A stretch of DNA of 64,000 bases from the NCBI GenBank assembly GCA_039188945.1, contig JBCCYW010000002.1, forward strand, positions 26,449 to 90,448. Reading direction: 5' to 3'. A model generated the notes under the pieces. It saw nothing but the letters and a program-made list of their open reading frames with translations. It was not told the DNA's origin and did no database searches. This DNA comes from Patescibacteria group bacterium. GTDB taxonomy: Bacteria > Patescibacteriota > Minisyncoccia > Phycocordibacterales > UBA918. Positions 47,771 to 57,332 of the stretch are shown here, piece after piece; the stretch's first letter is position 1; the number at the start of each line of letters is the position of its first letter. The translations under genes were made by a program, and so were the position numbers.

Positions 47771-48565
47771 ATGAATATCCTGATTACCGGTAGTACTGAT
47801 GGTATTGGTAAATTGGCGGCTGCCAAACTTGCGACCGACGGTCACACGATTTATATACACGGTCGAAGCGAAGAAAAAGTGTCGGCTACGGTAGCAGAGT
47901 TGCGACAAGTGACTGGCAACGAATCAGTTCATGGCTTCACTGCTGATCTCTCAGACCTAGCTGTGATCCGTGATTTTGCTGAAAAAATTATGGAGAAAAT
48001 TACCACCCTCGATATCCTGATTAATAACGCAGGCGTACTGAAAGCACCGGTAACCAAAACTCCGACCGGGATTGATCTACGGTTTGTGGTGAATTATTTT
48101 GCTCCCTACGTACTCACCAACGCTCTCTTGCCACTCCTAAAACAAAGCGAGCAGTCGCGGGTGATTAACTTGAGCTCTGCCGCCCAGTCACCCGTCGATC
48201 TCGCGGCACTTCGAGGCGAGAGTGACCTGAGCGACTTTGACGCCTACGCACAGAGTAAGTTGGCGCTCACCATGTGGAATTTTACACTCGCAGCTGCAGA
48301 ACCAGACCTTTCAGTCATCGCAGTTAACCCGGGCTCACTCTTAAACACCAACATGGTACGTGAAGGCTTTGGCCAACACCGAGCGTCGGCTGATGTTGGT
48401 GCTGACATACTTTATGAACTCGCTACGAAACATGAAGGTGTGACTGGGAAATATTTTGATAATGACGCCGGTGACTTTGGCCAGGCACACCCTGATGCCT
48501 ACGACCAAGCTAAGATCGTCGCGCTTATAGCGGCTACCAAAAAAACTATTCAACTCAATTCATGA
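47771..48565 (+). CDS. SDR family oxidoreductase
   Basis: TGSTDGIGK Rossmann motif, NNAG, and YAQSK catalytic Tyr/Lys. Confidence 0.8.
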   Translation: MNILITGSTDGIGKLAAAKLATDGHTIYIHGRSEEKVSATVAELRQVTGNESVHGFTADLSDLAVIRDFAEKIMEKITTLDILINNAGVLKAPVTKTPTGIDLRFVVNYFAPYVLTNALLPLLKQSEQSRVINLSSAAQSPVDLAALRGESDLSDFDAYAQSKLALTMWNFTLAAAEPDLSVIAVNPGSLLNTNMVREGFGQHRASADVGADILYELATKHEGVTGKYFDNDAGDFGQAHPDAYDQAKIVALIAATKKTIQLNS

Positions 48566-49104
48566 ACACGTATGTCGCCCTTCTCAGGGGAATCAATGTT
48601 GGTGGAAATAACAAAATTGAGATGACTAAGCTCAAAATGGGCTTTGAAAAGTTTGGCCATAGTGATGTTCAGACCTACATCAACTCTGGTAACGTCATTT
48701 TTTCGTCCCACACCAATGACATTGCTGCCCTCACCAACGAAATAGAAGCAATGATCAATAAAGATTTTAAGCTCGACATTCCGGTCGTGCTCCGCAGCAA
48801 AGAAAGCATAATGAAAGTTTGTAAAAAAATTCCTGCTGCCTGGACCAATGATAAAGAGCAAAAGACCGATGTGATGTTTCTCTGGGATGAATACTCAAAC
48901 AAGAAAACCCTGAAGCTCATCGAGCAAAATCCTAAGGTCGACACACTTATATATGTAGACGACGCCATTGTCTGGCACCTTAAAAAGAAAGATTATTCCA
49001 AGAGCAAAATGCACGACCTAGTCAGCACTAAACTTTATAAAAGCATGACCGTTCGAAACGTGAATACGGTACGAAAGTTGCAAGAACTTATGTCTCAAGA
49101 CTAA
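48562..49104 (+). CDS. DUF1697-family protein
   Basis: MNTYVALLRGINVGGNNKI...YINSGNVIF is characteristic of DUF1697. Confidence 0.65.
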   Translation: MNTYVALLRGINVGGNNKIEMTKLKMGFEKFGHSDVQTYINSGNVIFSSHTNDIAALTNEIEAMINKDFKLDIPVVLRSKESIMKVCKKIPAAWTNDKEQKTDVMFLWDEYSNKKTLKLIEQNPKVDTLIYVDDAIVWHLKKKDYSKSKMHDLVSTKLYKSMTVRNVNTVRKLQELMSQD

Positions 49105-49760
49105 AATCCGCAGACTTCGGCGCCTTTCACTGATGCTGGCTTTTCACCGCAGCGTTCGTGCCAAGCCATGACGTTTTTGTATTCATCTAAGCTAAGACGA
49201 TCTTTAGCACCATAGCCCCAATCGAGGCAGCCCACCCACGGGAAAGTAGATATATCAGCGATTGAATACTCACCTACCAAATAGTCCTGCCCTTCAAGTT
49301 GCTTCTCAAGCACGCCGAGGAGTCGTCGCGTTTCGTTGGCGTATCTCTCGACTGGGTAGGGGTGGTCGCAGTTGTCTTTGCCAAACCTAAAGAAGTGACC
49401 AAACTGCCCAAACATCGGACCCACGCCCGCGTTCTGGAAGAAGAGCCACTGAATTGTCTCGCTCCGCTTGCCAGCGTCGCTCGACATCAGCTTCCCACTC
49501 TTATCTGCGAGATAGATCAGGATCGCTCCCGACTCAAACACACGGTGCTCTTCCCCGTCTGGACCATCTGGATCAATAATAGCGGGAATGCGGCCGTTTG
49601 GGTTCACGCGTGTCGTGTAGTCTTCGGTTTTAAGCTCGCCATTACTGAGATCCATGCAATGTGCCTCGTACTCGAGACCCATTTCTTCTAAAGCAATCGA
49701 GATCTTCCGCCCATTTGGCGTTGCTCGGGTATAGAGTTGAATTGGTTGTGACATATGCAT
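49101..49760 (-). CDS. Glutathione S-transferase
   Basis: N-terminal thioredoxin-like GST domain (IQLYTRATPNGRKISIALEE...ESGAILIYLADK) and a C-terminal helical domain. Confidence 0.8.
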   Translation of the reverse strand: MHMSQPIQLYTRATPNGRKISIALEEMGLEYEAHCMDLSNGELKTEDYTTRVNPNGRIPAIIDPDGPDGEEHRVFESGAILIYLADKSGKLMSSDAGKRSETIQWLFFQNAGVGPMFGQFGHFFRFGKDNCDHPYPVERYANETRRLLGVLEKQLEGQDYLVGEYSIADISTFPWVGCLDWGYGAKDRLSLDEYKNVMAWHERCGEKPASVKGAEVCGF

Positions 49761-49814
49761 GATTCTATCAAATACGCATATAAACGCGTAATTTATGCTA
49801 TTTAGACAAAGATT

Positions 49815-50549
49815 CTACAATAGCGCGTCTCCTAGAATTTGGTCGAGTTTTTTTAGATCATTTGGTTCAACACCGATGAGTTGCAATTCTTTTTCTTGAT
49901 AGAGTGCGGTTTTTTCCTCTCGATCTTTTTGGTAACGTCGGTCGGTCAGTCCCCAGAATTCGATAAAGTATCCATCTGTTACTTTAGAGCCACCTGGAAT
50001 ATAAAAATCACATCGCTTTACCCCAAGCTCTTTTAAAAATGGTTCGTAGGCATGGGCAATACCGTGTTGATACAGCCAATTATCAATTTCTAATTCCCCT
50101 TTACTGCGCACAAAATGGCCATCGTCAGTAACGTACGAAAAATCATCTGAACTGTCAGGCAATCGCTCATCTTGGATGAGTAGTGAATTGATAATCGAAA
50201 CTTGTTCATCATCAAGTCGAGCGGGTGGATACTTTTTAAACCGTAGAAGATGCCAATAGTCTTGACGAGAAATCGGTTTGTACTCTTTTACCCGTTTCAC
50301 TCGAACTTGCCATGGGAAGCTGCGGCCACTAGTTTCCCAGGCGTCAGGTTCAATATTCATCGCTCCATCCGATACAGCTTCAAAAGCCCCATGAATTTTC
50401 TTGGTCTGATAATTGAAAAGGAATAAGGTATCCCCAGCTCGTACTTCACCAGTTTTCTTTTCGTAGCCCTCCATGCCACCAAACAGTTCCCGCTCGAGAC
50501 ACTCTTGTTCGGTTACTCGTGAACACAGAAATACGTGACCTACTTTCAT
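49815..50549 (-). CDS. DCD (development and cell death)/PUA-like domain fused to a DUF559/Vsr-like restriction-endonuclease-fold domain
   Basis: N-terminal GHVFLCSRVTEQECLERELFGG...GDTLFLFNYQTKKIHGAFEAVSDG...WQVRV matches the DCD domain blocks. C-terminal ELEIDNWLYQHGI...KRCDFYIP...GYFIEFWG resembles the DUF559/Vsr endonuclease core. The internal ATG is chosen because the TTG-extended track ORF overlaps the DUF1059 gene. Confidence 0.5.
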   Translation of the reverse strand: MKVGHVFLCSRVTEQECLERELFGGMEGYEKKTGEVRAGDTLFLFNYQTKKIHGAFEAVSDGAMNIEPDAWETSGRSFPWQVRVKRVKEYKPISRQDYWHLLRFKKYPPARLDDEQVSIINSLLIQDERLPDSSDDFSYVTDDGHFVRSKGELEIDNWLYQHGIAHAYEPFLKELGVKRCDFYIPGGSKVTDGYFIEFWGLTDRRYQKDREEKTALYQEKELQLIGVEPNDLKKLDQILGDALL

Positions 50550-50628
50550 GCTCGCACTATACTGATATCTAAAAATAAAGCAAAGAGCGGCCAACAAGTT
50601 GGCCGCTCTTTGCTTTTTAACTTCCACC

Positions 50629-50871
50629 TCACTCAGCGTCCTCTGGAGCATCGTCAAACGCCTGCTTGTACGAAGCGAAGGCTTTTTGCTGCTCTTCTGG
50701 TGATTTACTTTTCATTGCTTCCATCATAGCGATGTAGTCTTCATTGCCCGCCGCGATCATTTCCATCGCGCGCGCTTTGCATTTTTCTGCTACTTCTTCG
50801 AAGGTTTCTCCAGATACTTGAAAGTCGTCGCTCGCTGGACAACCCAAGTCTCGTACATATACAGTTTTCAT
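50629..50871 (-). CDS. DUF1059-family small protein
   Basis: MKTVYVRDLGCPASDDFQVSGETFEEVAEKCKARAMEM matches the DUF1059 N-terminal pattern. Confidence 0.6.
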   Translation of the reverse strand: MKTVYVRDLGCPASDDFQVSGETFEEVAEKCKARAMEMIAAGNEDYIAMMEAMKSKSPEEQQKAFASYKQAFDDAPEDAE

Positions 50872-50896
50872 ATAGTAACTATACCCTACGAATCTC

Positions 50897-51331
50897 TTAG
50901 TCCAAATCTAATTCTAGATCCGGCTCAGTGTACGGCTCGAAGTCTTCAGGCGTAAAAATAAACTTACCAGTGCCCCAATCGAAGTCCTTCGGTCGCTTAA
51001 CTTGAATATATGGGTACTTGTTTAAGCCTGGCTGCTTGGTTTTGTTGTAATCACTACTAGCTCCCTCGCGATACTCAATTGGGTCTTCCTCAAACTCAAG
51101 ACCTTCTATTTCACTTACCTCGGTGGTTTCTTCGACCAGTACACAATTCGCACCGGTTTCATCACACTGATAGACCTTGGTAGTAAATAAACCAAGGAAC
51201 GTACCACCTGGCTGTACACCCGGCAGATGCACCATACCTGGATGCTGATTGCCAAAAGTAAGAGCATTGCTATACAGTGCAAACCACGTCAGCAAAATGA
51301 GCGGTCCACCAATATAAAAAAGTGTTTTCAT
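50897..51331 (-). CDS. Hypothetical secreted protein
   Basis: Signal peptide. 144 aa. No family recognised. Confidence 0.45.
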   Translation of the reverse strand: MKTLFYIGGPLILLTWFALYSNALTFGNQHPGMVHLPGVQPGGTFLGLFTTKVYQCDETGANCVLVEETTEVSEIEGLEFEEDPIEYREGASSDYNKTKQPGLNKYPYIQVKRPKDFDWGTGKFIFTPEDFEPYTEPDLELDLD

Positions 51332-51371
51332 AGAATTACTATACGATCTTCGTACGATTTAGCAAAAGTAA

Positions 51372-52688
51372 TTAAAATGATTCAATTCGATATAACCCTC
51401 CAGCGCTCTCACCCGCACGACTTTGCCGGCTGGTGGTGTCTGTGAGTACGTAGAGATAACTATCAGGACCTTGTCCCAGACTTCTCACCCGCACGTCTCC
51501 AACCGTAATCATTTGTTGGTCTACTACTTGTCCCGAATCGTCTGTCACAAGGTGGAAGATTGCGCCCGCCGGTCGTGTTGCGTAGGCAGCGATTGTGGTG
51601 TTGCTCCGCAACAACATGCCAGCTAAGAAGATAGTTTGATTCTCACTTACACCGTATTGACTGCCGCTAAAGACAACCACCTCAGACGGTGCGATAGTTG
51701 GCGTCCAGACGGCGAGCGGATTGCGCACTCCCGGCAAGGTTTGATTTGGTGAGATTTCAGTTGAAAAGGCATCATACTCAGTCGCAAAGGTAGCGAGCGG
51801 CCAGCCATAGTTGGCTCCTGGCAGCACAATATTTAATTCATCACCGCCTTTGCTGCCATGCTCACTCGCCACCACCTGGCCATTAGCAGCTACATCAATG
51901 CCTTGCGAGTTGCGATGACCATAGCTATAGATTTCTGGCTGCACATCTGGACGACCAATAAATGGATTATCTTCAGGAATTGAACCGTCATCATTGATAC
52001 GAATAATTTTGCCCAAATGCGCTTGCAGATTTTGAGCCTGCTCGCGAATCAACGCGCCAGCGTATTCAGTTGGTGGATTACCGCCGTCCCCGACGGAGAA
52101 GAGGAGGGTGTTGTCGGGGAGCCACGCGAAGCGCGACCCGAAGTGCTGGGCACCAGTCTTGGTTTCGCCGACTTCAAAAATAACTTCGAGATTTTCTAGA
52201 GTAGTGTCGGCAAGCTCGGCTCGCGCGACCCGAAGGCGATTCCCTTCGTTGATGCCATGAGCGTACGAGAGGTAGACCAAGTTATTAGTTTCAAAATCTG
52301 GGTGAATGGTGATATCAAGCAAACCACCCTGTCCAGAGGAAAGCACTGTCGGCACATTTGTAATTGGGGCAGACACTTGACCATCGCGTACCCGACGCAG
52401 GCTGCCAAACCGCTCAGTAACGAGGAGGTCACCATCGGGCAACCAAACAAAAGCCCACGGCGCATCGAGACCAGTTGTCACCGGAGTGAGCTCAGCTTCG
52501 CGCACTGGCAGATCGCGGTAGTCAGTAATACTCGGAATTGGATTTGGTGTATCACCTTCGTACACGCTGTCGATCTCGACCGGTACTTGATTAGGTTGCT
52601 CTGACAATCGCTCGACATCTTGCACTACATACCAGTACCCGCCACCGATGGCGATAAGTACCAGTACCAAAAACACAGTTCGACTCAT
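51372..52688 (-). CDS. PQQ-dependent sugar dehydrogenase (soluble aldose/sorbosone dehydrogenase, beta-propeller)
   Basis: Blocks GLLDITIHPDF, HFGSRFAWLPDNTLLFSVGDGG, IYSYGHRNSQGIDV and EHGSKGGDELNI are typical of the SGDH/YliI family. N-terminal signal anchor. Confidence 0.8.
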   Translation of the reverse strand: MSRTVFLVLVLIAIGGGYWYVVQDVERLSEQPNQVPVEIDSVYEGDTPNPIPSITDYRDLPVREAELTPVTTGLDAPWAFVWLPDGDLLVTERFGSLRRVRDGQVSAPITNVPTVLSSGQGGLLDITIHPDFETNNLVYLSYAHGINEGNRLRVARAELADTTLENLEVIFEVGETKTGAQHFGSRFAWLPDNTLLFSVGDGGNPPTEYAGALIREQAQNLQAHLGKIIRINDDGSIPEDNPFIGRPDVQPEIYSYGHRNSQGIDVAANGQVVASEHGSKGGDELNIVLPGANYGWPLATFATEYDAFSTEISPNQTLPGVRNPLAVWTPTIAPSEVVVFSGSQYGVSENQTIFLAGMLLRSNTTIAAYATRPAGAIFHLVTDDSGQVVDQQMITVGDVRVRSLGQGPDSYLYVLTDTTSRQSRAGESAGGLYRIESF

Positions 52689-52778
52689 GAGTAGTATTGT
52701 ACGTTATTACAAAAATAAGCGCCCGAACTTTGCAGTCTGGGCACCAATTGTTCTCTTCACGTTAGCACTACTCTAACC

Positions 52779-53351
52779 TCAAGAAGCCCTTCTGCCTCGA
52801 CCTCGCCGACGCGAGCGTATTGTAGCCAATGGCTGGTAGGCGACTGCCACATGATGTTCGCAGTACGGCTTACCAGGAGCGCAGGGTAGGCCACAAAAAT
52901 AGAAGTTCTCTTCAGCTGGATCCCCGATCGGCCATTTGCACGTTCTTTCGGTAAGTTCGAGTAAGCTGAGCTTTTTAGCCTGCGGATTGATTTTGCTCAG
53001 AAGGTCTTCAGCCAACTTTCGCTCTGCAGCCTCATCAACTTGCGGAATTGGCTTCCGCGGATGATTGAATGGATTCCCGGGTCGCGGTCTCTGGCTCGGG
53101 CGTGCTGGTGATGCTTCGACAGCAAGAGGGATAGTCTCTGGCTGATTTTTAGGCTGCTTATTTTCTTCGCCATCACCACCTTTTATTTTTTCACCTTCAG
53201 ACTGTCTGCTAGTAAGGCCAAGTCGATGAATCTTTCCAATCACACCGTTCCTGGTGACACCGCCCAGGGATTTGGCTATCTGCGAAGCCGACATTCCTTC
53301 GGCCCATAGCTTTTTTAGTTTTTCAACTCGCTCGTCTGTCCATGAAGACAT
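52779..53351 (-). CDS. gcrA: GcrA-like cell-cycle regulator family protein
   Basis: MSSWTDERVEKLKKLWAEGMSASQIAKSLGGVTRNGVIGKIHRLGL N-terminal DNA-binding domain. C-terminal CKWPIGDP...FCGLPC...PYCEHH. Strong RBS aaaggagattgctATG at the internal start. Confidence 0.7.
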   Translation of the reverse strand: MSSWTDERVEKLKKLWAEGMSASQIAKSLGGVTRNGVIGKIHRLGLTSRQSEGEKIKGGDGEENKQPKNQPETIPLAVEASPARPSQRPRPGNPFNHPRKPIPQVDEAAERKLAEDLLSKINPQAKKLSLLELTERTCKWPIGDPAEENFYFCGLPCAPGKPYCEHHVAVAYQPLATIRSRRRGRGRRAS

Positions 53352-53528
53352 AGCAATCTCCTTTATATAACTGTTTTCTGGCGCTACAGTAGCACGAATT
53401 AGTGAATAGACAATCAATCACCACGCTGCCTTACCGCCAGATCATTTGTTTTATTTTAGCTATCAGCGAATCATCATCTTGTTACAGCAGCCTTACTCCA
53501 CAAACAAACTATAAAAATAACTGGGGCT

Positions 53529-53936
53529 TTGCTATACTCGCCCGACATGACGCCAGGAAAGGTCAAAGTAAAACGCGGATTGGCGGGGCTCGGTTTGTTT
53601 GCTGATCAGGAATTTAAACGTGATGATTTTATTATTGAGTATACTGGTGAACTGATTACCGATGAAGAACGGAATCGCCGGGGTGGAAAATATTTGTTTG
53701 AAATAGATGAAGAGTGGACCATCGATGGAAAAGATCGCAGTAATATTGCTCGCTACATTAATCATGGTTGCAAAAACAACGCCTACGCTGAAGTCGATGA
53801 GGAAGAGAGACGAGTGTTTGTGCGTGCCAAGAAAAAGATCCAGCCTGGCGAGGAGATCACCTTTCACTACGGTAAAGAATACTTTGACGAGTATATGAGT
53901 AACGGCCGTTGTCGGTGCGCGAGCTGCCGTAGCTAA
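53529..53936 (+). CDS. SET-domain protein (lysine methyltransferase-like) with a post-SET Cys cluster
   Basis: GLGLFA...IIEYTGELI, NHGCKNNA, GEEITFHYG and C-terminal CRCASC. Confidence 0.75.
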   Translation: MLYSPDMTPGKVKVKRGLAGLGLFADQEFKRDDFIIEYTGELITDEERNRRGGKYLFEIDEEWTIDGKDRSNIARYINHGCKNNAYAEVDEEERRVFVRAKKKIQPGEEITFHYGKEYFDEYMSNGRCRCASCRS

Positions 53937-54592
53937 CCACTGGGCGAGGCTTCAGGCTGCGATTCTGGCGAAGCAGCTTCGGATGACTCAGTCTTGGGAG
54001 CGACTTCCACTGCTTCTGCTACTTCCGGTGATGATTCAGTTTCGGTTCCTGCTTCTGATTCTGCTTCCACGTTTTCCTCAGAATCACCTACTTGCTCGTC
54101 AGTTGAGCTAGCCGTTTCGTCGGTACTGCTAGCAGTTGAAGTTGCTGTGCTGGTGCCAAGTTCAGATTCGACTGCAGCTGCAGTATCGTCGGGCGGATCG
54201 AACGTTGGACCCGAGCCAACTAAACCACCATTTGGCAATTGATTGCTAGTATCTTGCACTGGAATCGTTTTTCGCACCGTCGAAGACTCTTCTCCTTCAG
54301 GTGTTTCACCAGCGATCACTTTCGCGTTTCGGGCCTCAATTTTTTCGGTTACATTTATTTCACCAGCGTCAAGAAACCCAATCCCAACCGACGCCCCGCT
54401 AATGATAAAGAAGCTTGCCGCAGCAATCAGGTAGCTATTTCGAAATTTTCGACCAGCTTGTGCTTGCGCTTTTACTGGTGTTGGGGCTTTACGTCGCGTA
54501 GTCGCGCGTTTAGCCGCGGTACGCTTAACCGCCGCTCGCTTACGTGGAGCCCTAGTTGTTGGGTCTGACGAAGATGCAGCCGCTCTCGGCAT
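53933..54592 (-). CDS. Hypothetical membrane-anchored low-complexity protein
   Basis: Basic N-terminus, one TM, then an acidic S/T/E/A-rich tail. Confidence 0.4.
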   Translation of the reverse strand: MPRAAASSSDPTTRAPRKRAAVKRTAAKRATTRRKAPTPVKAQAQAGRKFRNSYLIAAASFFIISGASVGIGFLDAGEINVTEKIEARNAKVIAGETPEGEESSTVRKTIPVQDTSNQLPNGGLVGSGPTFDPPDDTAAAVESELGTSTATSTASSTDETASSTDEQVGDSEENVEAESEAGTETESSPEVAEAVEVAPKTESSEAASPESQPEASPSG

Positions 54593-54632
54593 ATGCTGAT
54601 GATTGTACCATCTGCTACAATAAAGCGATATT

Positions 54633-55436
54633 ATGAGCGTGTTGTTGCTAATGACCGGTATTTTTGCTTCAGTCCTGTTGCTTTATTTGGCTGGCATCTT
54701 TTTGTTATCTCGGGTGTTGCGCGATAACAGTATTATGGATATTGCTTACGGTCCGGCTTTTGCTATTGCAGCCATCGCCACCCTTCTACTCACCGACACT
54801 GCATCACCCCTACCAGTTTTGATTGCTACTTGCATTACCATCTGGGCACTCCGCTTGTTCACAAGAATCCTGCGAAAGAATTTTGGCAAGCCTGAAGACG
54901 CTCGCTACGCCGCCTGGCGTGAGAAATGGCTACAAAAAGGGTCGCTCTATTTTATTGTGCGTAGCTTTCTGCAGGTAAATCTCTTGCAGGGCGTCATTAT
55001 TTTGCTGGTGGCTTCTCCGTTTATCATAAGTATCGCGGCTGGTGATGCGATACACCTCTGGTTCGTGTGCGTTGGCTTTGCTATCTATGCTTTCGGATTA
55101 ACTTATGAATCAATTGCCGACTGGCAACTCGATCGGTTTATTGCTGGAAAAAAAGCTGGTACTGAGCCGGCCAACCTCATGGTAACAGGCTTATTTCGCT
55201 ATAGTCGCCGGCCAAATTACTTTGGTGAAACTTTGATTTGGTGGGGTTTGGCGATTATGGCACTCCCTTTGCCATTTGGATATCTTGCCCTGATAAGTCC
55301 CCTTCTGATAACGTTCATCGTCACAAGAGTCACGGGTCCGATGCTTGAAGAGATCTTTTTAGAGAAGTATCCTGAGGAGTATCGAGCCTACATGGAGCGA
55401 ACGAGTTACTTTTTCCCACTACCACCAACATCATGA
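54633..55436 (+). CDS. Membrane protein of the ICMT/PEMT/DUF1295 (steroid-reductase-like methyltransferase) superfamily
   Basis: Multi-TM with C-terminal FRYSRRPNYFGETLIWWG. Confidence 0.5.
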   Translation: MSVLLLMTGIFASVLLLYLAGIFLLSRVLRDNSIMDIAYGPAFAIAAIATLLLTDTASPLPVLIATCITIWALRLFTRILRKNFGKPEDARYAAWREKWLQKGSLYFIVRSFLQVNLLQGVIILLVASPFIISIAAGDAIHLWFVCVGFAIYAFGLTYESIADWQLDRFIAGKKAGTEPANLMVTGLFRYSRRPNYFGETLIWWGLAIMALPLPFGYLALISPLLITFIVTRVTGPMLEEIFLEKYPEEYRAYMERTSYFFPLPPTS

Positions 55437-55822
55437 ACCGACTGATCGTTATTGCTTTTCTTGCCGGCGTTGCCAGTAGTTTTATTGGTGGTACCCTTGG
55501 CCTCGTAGCAGCTTCTCCGCATACGCAAGAGCGCGATCAGCGAATATTTATATATGACGGGCTGATGAATCCCTTACGTCGTTCATACGCTTGTCGATGT
55601 TGGGTATTGCGAAACGAGGTAACCTTAGAAGGTTATATCAAAACTGTTCGCAGTGTTATTGAAACCCCATCGGGAAGAGTAAACGGTGGCATTATTAACA
55701 TCTCAGATACTGAACTAGCCCATCTCGATCGTCACTACGGTGTACCCCACGACTACAGACGTACTTTGATAAATCACAATGGCTTTGACACCTGGTTGTA
55801 TGTCCAAAACGGCGATTTCTGA
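55433..55822 (+). CDS. Gamma-glutamyl cyclotransferase-like (AIG2/GGCT fold) protein with N-terminal TM
   Basis: IFIYDGLMNPLRR resembles the GGCT motif YGSL/YGTLM. Confidence 0.45.
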   Translation: MNRLIVIAFLAGVASSFIGGTLGLVAASPHTQERDQRIFIYDGLMNPLRRSYACRCWVLRNEVTLEGYIKTVRSVIETPSGRVNGGIINISDTELAHLDRHYGVPHDYRRTLINHNGFDTWLYVQNGDF

Positions 55823-55940
55823 TTGCAAAATAAGCCTAGTATGGTAGATTCTTACTACCAATCGTGTTGTATTGGAAACGGTGCTCTACCGTTTTTTTCA
55901 ATTACGATTTCTATCGAACTACTCATTAAGACCCCTATTT

Positions 55941-56618
55941 TTGCCCCGACCACAAAAGAGATCATTCAACCCCAAGGACCGTACCCGGATCAATCAGGCT
56001 ATTACCGCGCGTGAACTGCGGGTAATTGGCGCTAAGGGTGAAAACTTAGGAGTGATTTCACGCGACGAGGCACTGAAAGAGGCAGATAAGGCTAATCTTG
56101 ATCTAATCGAGATCTCACCAGGAGCAAAGCCTCCGGTAGCTAAAATCATGGACTTTGGTAAGTACCGTTATGAAACTGGACGCAAGGCACGTGAAGTGAA
56201 AGCCAAGTCACACGTGACTGAGACTAAGAATGTGCAGGTGAAAATTGGTACTGGTGAGCATGACCAGCAGCTCAAAGCCCGCCGGATTGCTGAGTGGCTT
56301 GAGGAAGGGCACCGAGTTAAAGTCGATCTTTTCCTCTGGGGACGCTACAAGTACATGGAGCCTGATTTCTTGAAAGAACGGTTAAATCGTTTCCTCAAAA
56401 TCATTCCCGCTGAGTATAAGATTGCTGAAGAAATCAAGAAAAGTCCAAAGGGTTTCTCGTGCATTATCGAACGTGTGGCGGGTGCCCAAAAGCAAGATAA
56501 ACCACGGATTATCGAAGAGGAAAAGCCGCAGAAAAGCGAGAAAAAGGCTGAGAAAACGGATGAGCAGAAGTCGAAAAAGAAGTCCCTCGATGAACTCTTG
56601 GAGGGTGGAATGATCTAG
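55941..56618 (+). CDS. infC: Translation initiation factor IF-3 with a Lys-rich C-terminal extension; start codon uncertain (probably non-ATG)
   Basis: RINQAITARELRVIGAKGENLGVIS...LDLIEISPGAKPPVAKIMDFGKYRYE...NVQVKIG are the IF3 N and C domains. An in-frame TTG at 55941 is proposed as start. The track ORF begins at the ATG at 55872. Confidence 0.75.
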   Translation: MPRPQKRSFNPKDRTRINQAITARELRVIGAKGENLGVISRDEALKEADKANLDLIEISPGAKPPVAKIMDFGKYRYETGRKAREVKAKSHVTETKNVQVKIGTGEHDQQLKARRIAEWLEEGHRVKVDLFLWGRYKYMEPDFLKERLNRFLKIIPAEYKIAEEIKKSPKGFSCIIERVAGAQKQDKPRIIEEEKPQKSEKKAEKTDEQKSKKKSLDELLEGGMI

Positions 56619-56719
56619 TTCAAAACACTGGACTTTTAGAGTGAAATACTGTATATTTTTCCCACTTTTTGCTTCTTCTCAGGCGAAAATACCCCGAAAT
56701 TGAATTTCACACGATTCAT

Positions 56720-56911
56720 ATGAAAACCAACAAATCGTATACCAAACGCATCAAAGTGACCAAAAACGGTAAGCTGATTGCCCGCAAGCCTGGTCAAAAT
56801 CACTTTAATGCTCGCCAGTCTGGACAGCAACGGCTCGCTCGAAAGCGAACGCAGGCTTTGACCCTGTCGAAACGAACGACTCGTCGTTTTCTACCTAAAT
56901 CAGGCGCTTAA
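56720..56911 (+). CDS. rpmI: 50S ribosomal protein L35
   Basis: MKTNKSYTKRIKVTKNGKL is the L35 signature. The internal ATG is preferred over the track's upstream start. Confidence 0.85.
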   Translation: MKTNKSYTKRIKVTKNGKLIARKPGQNHFNARQSGQQRLARKRTQALTLSKRTTRRFLPKSGA

Positions 56912-56934
56912 TTATTTAGTCGTAAAACAACACT

Positions 56935-57279
56935 ATGGCACGAGTAAAAGGAGGAGCATCAGCGATGAAGCGACGTCGCACTATCCTCTCCCAAGTAAAA
57001 GGCTACCGCTTTGCTCGCTCAAAGAAGACCCGAGCAGCTCGCGAAGCAATCTACCATGCGCAACTGCACGCGTTTGCACACCGCAAAGACAAGAAAAACG
57101 ATTTCCGTCAGCTCTGGATCACCCGAATCAACGCTGCACTTATGGCACACGGCATGAAGTACAGCCGTTTCATCAAAGCGATGAAGGATAAGCAGATTGG
57201 TCTCGATCGTAAGGTACTGGCTACGCTAGCAAAAGATCGTCCAGAAGCCTTCGCTCGAGTAGTTGAACAGGTTAAGTAA
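56935..57279 (+). CDS. rplT: 50S ribosomal protein L20
   Basis: MARVKGGASAMKRRRTILSQVKGYRFARSKKTRAAREA. Confidence 0.9.
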   Translation: MARVKGGASAMKRRRTILSQVKGYRFARSKKTRAAREAIYHAQLHAFAHRKDKKNDFRQLWITRINAALMAHGMKYSRFIKAMKDKQIGLDRKVLATLAKDRPEAFARVVEQVK

Positions 57280-57300
57280 GCACTTAACAATACAATGAGA

Positions 57301-57332
57301 AAGCCGCCTCACATCGTGAGGCGGCTTTCTTT
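57301..57332. terminator. Bidirectional terminator after rplT
   Basis: aaagccgcctcacATCGtgaggcggcttt followed by a T-tract. Confidence 0.6.

Noticed and set aside
49815-50657. Longer TTG-initiated forms of the DCD-nuclease gene, and likewise of the GcrA gene (52779-53417)
   Set aside because: The extensions overlap adjacent genes and lack an RBS. Internal ATGs with better context (GcrA has aaaggag) were preferred.
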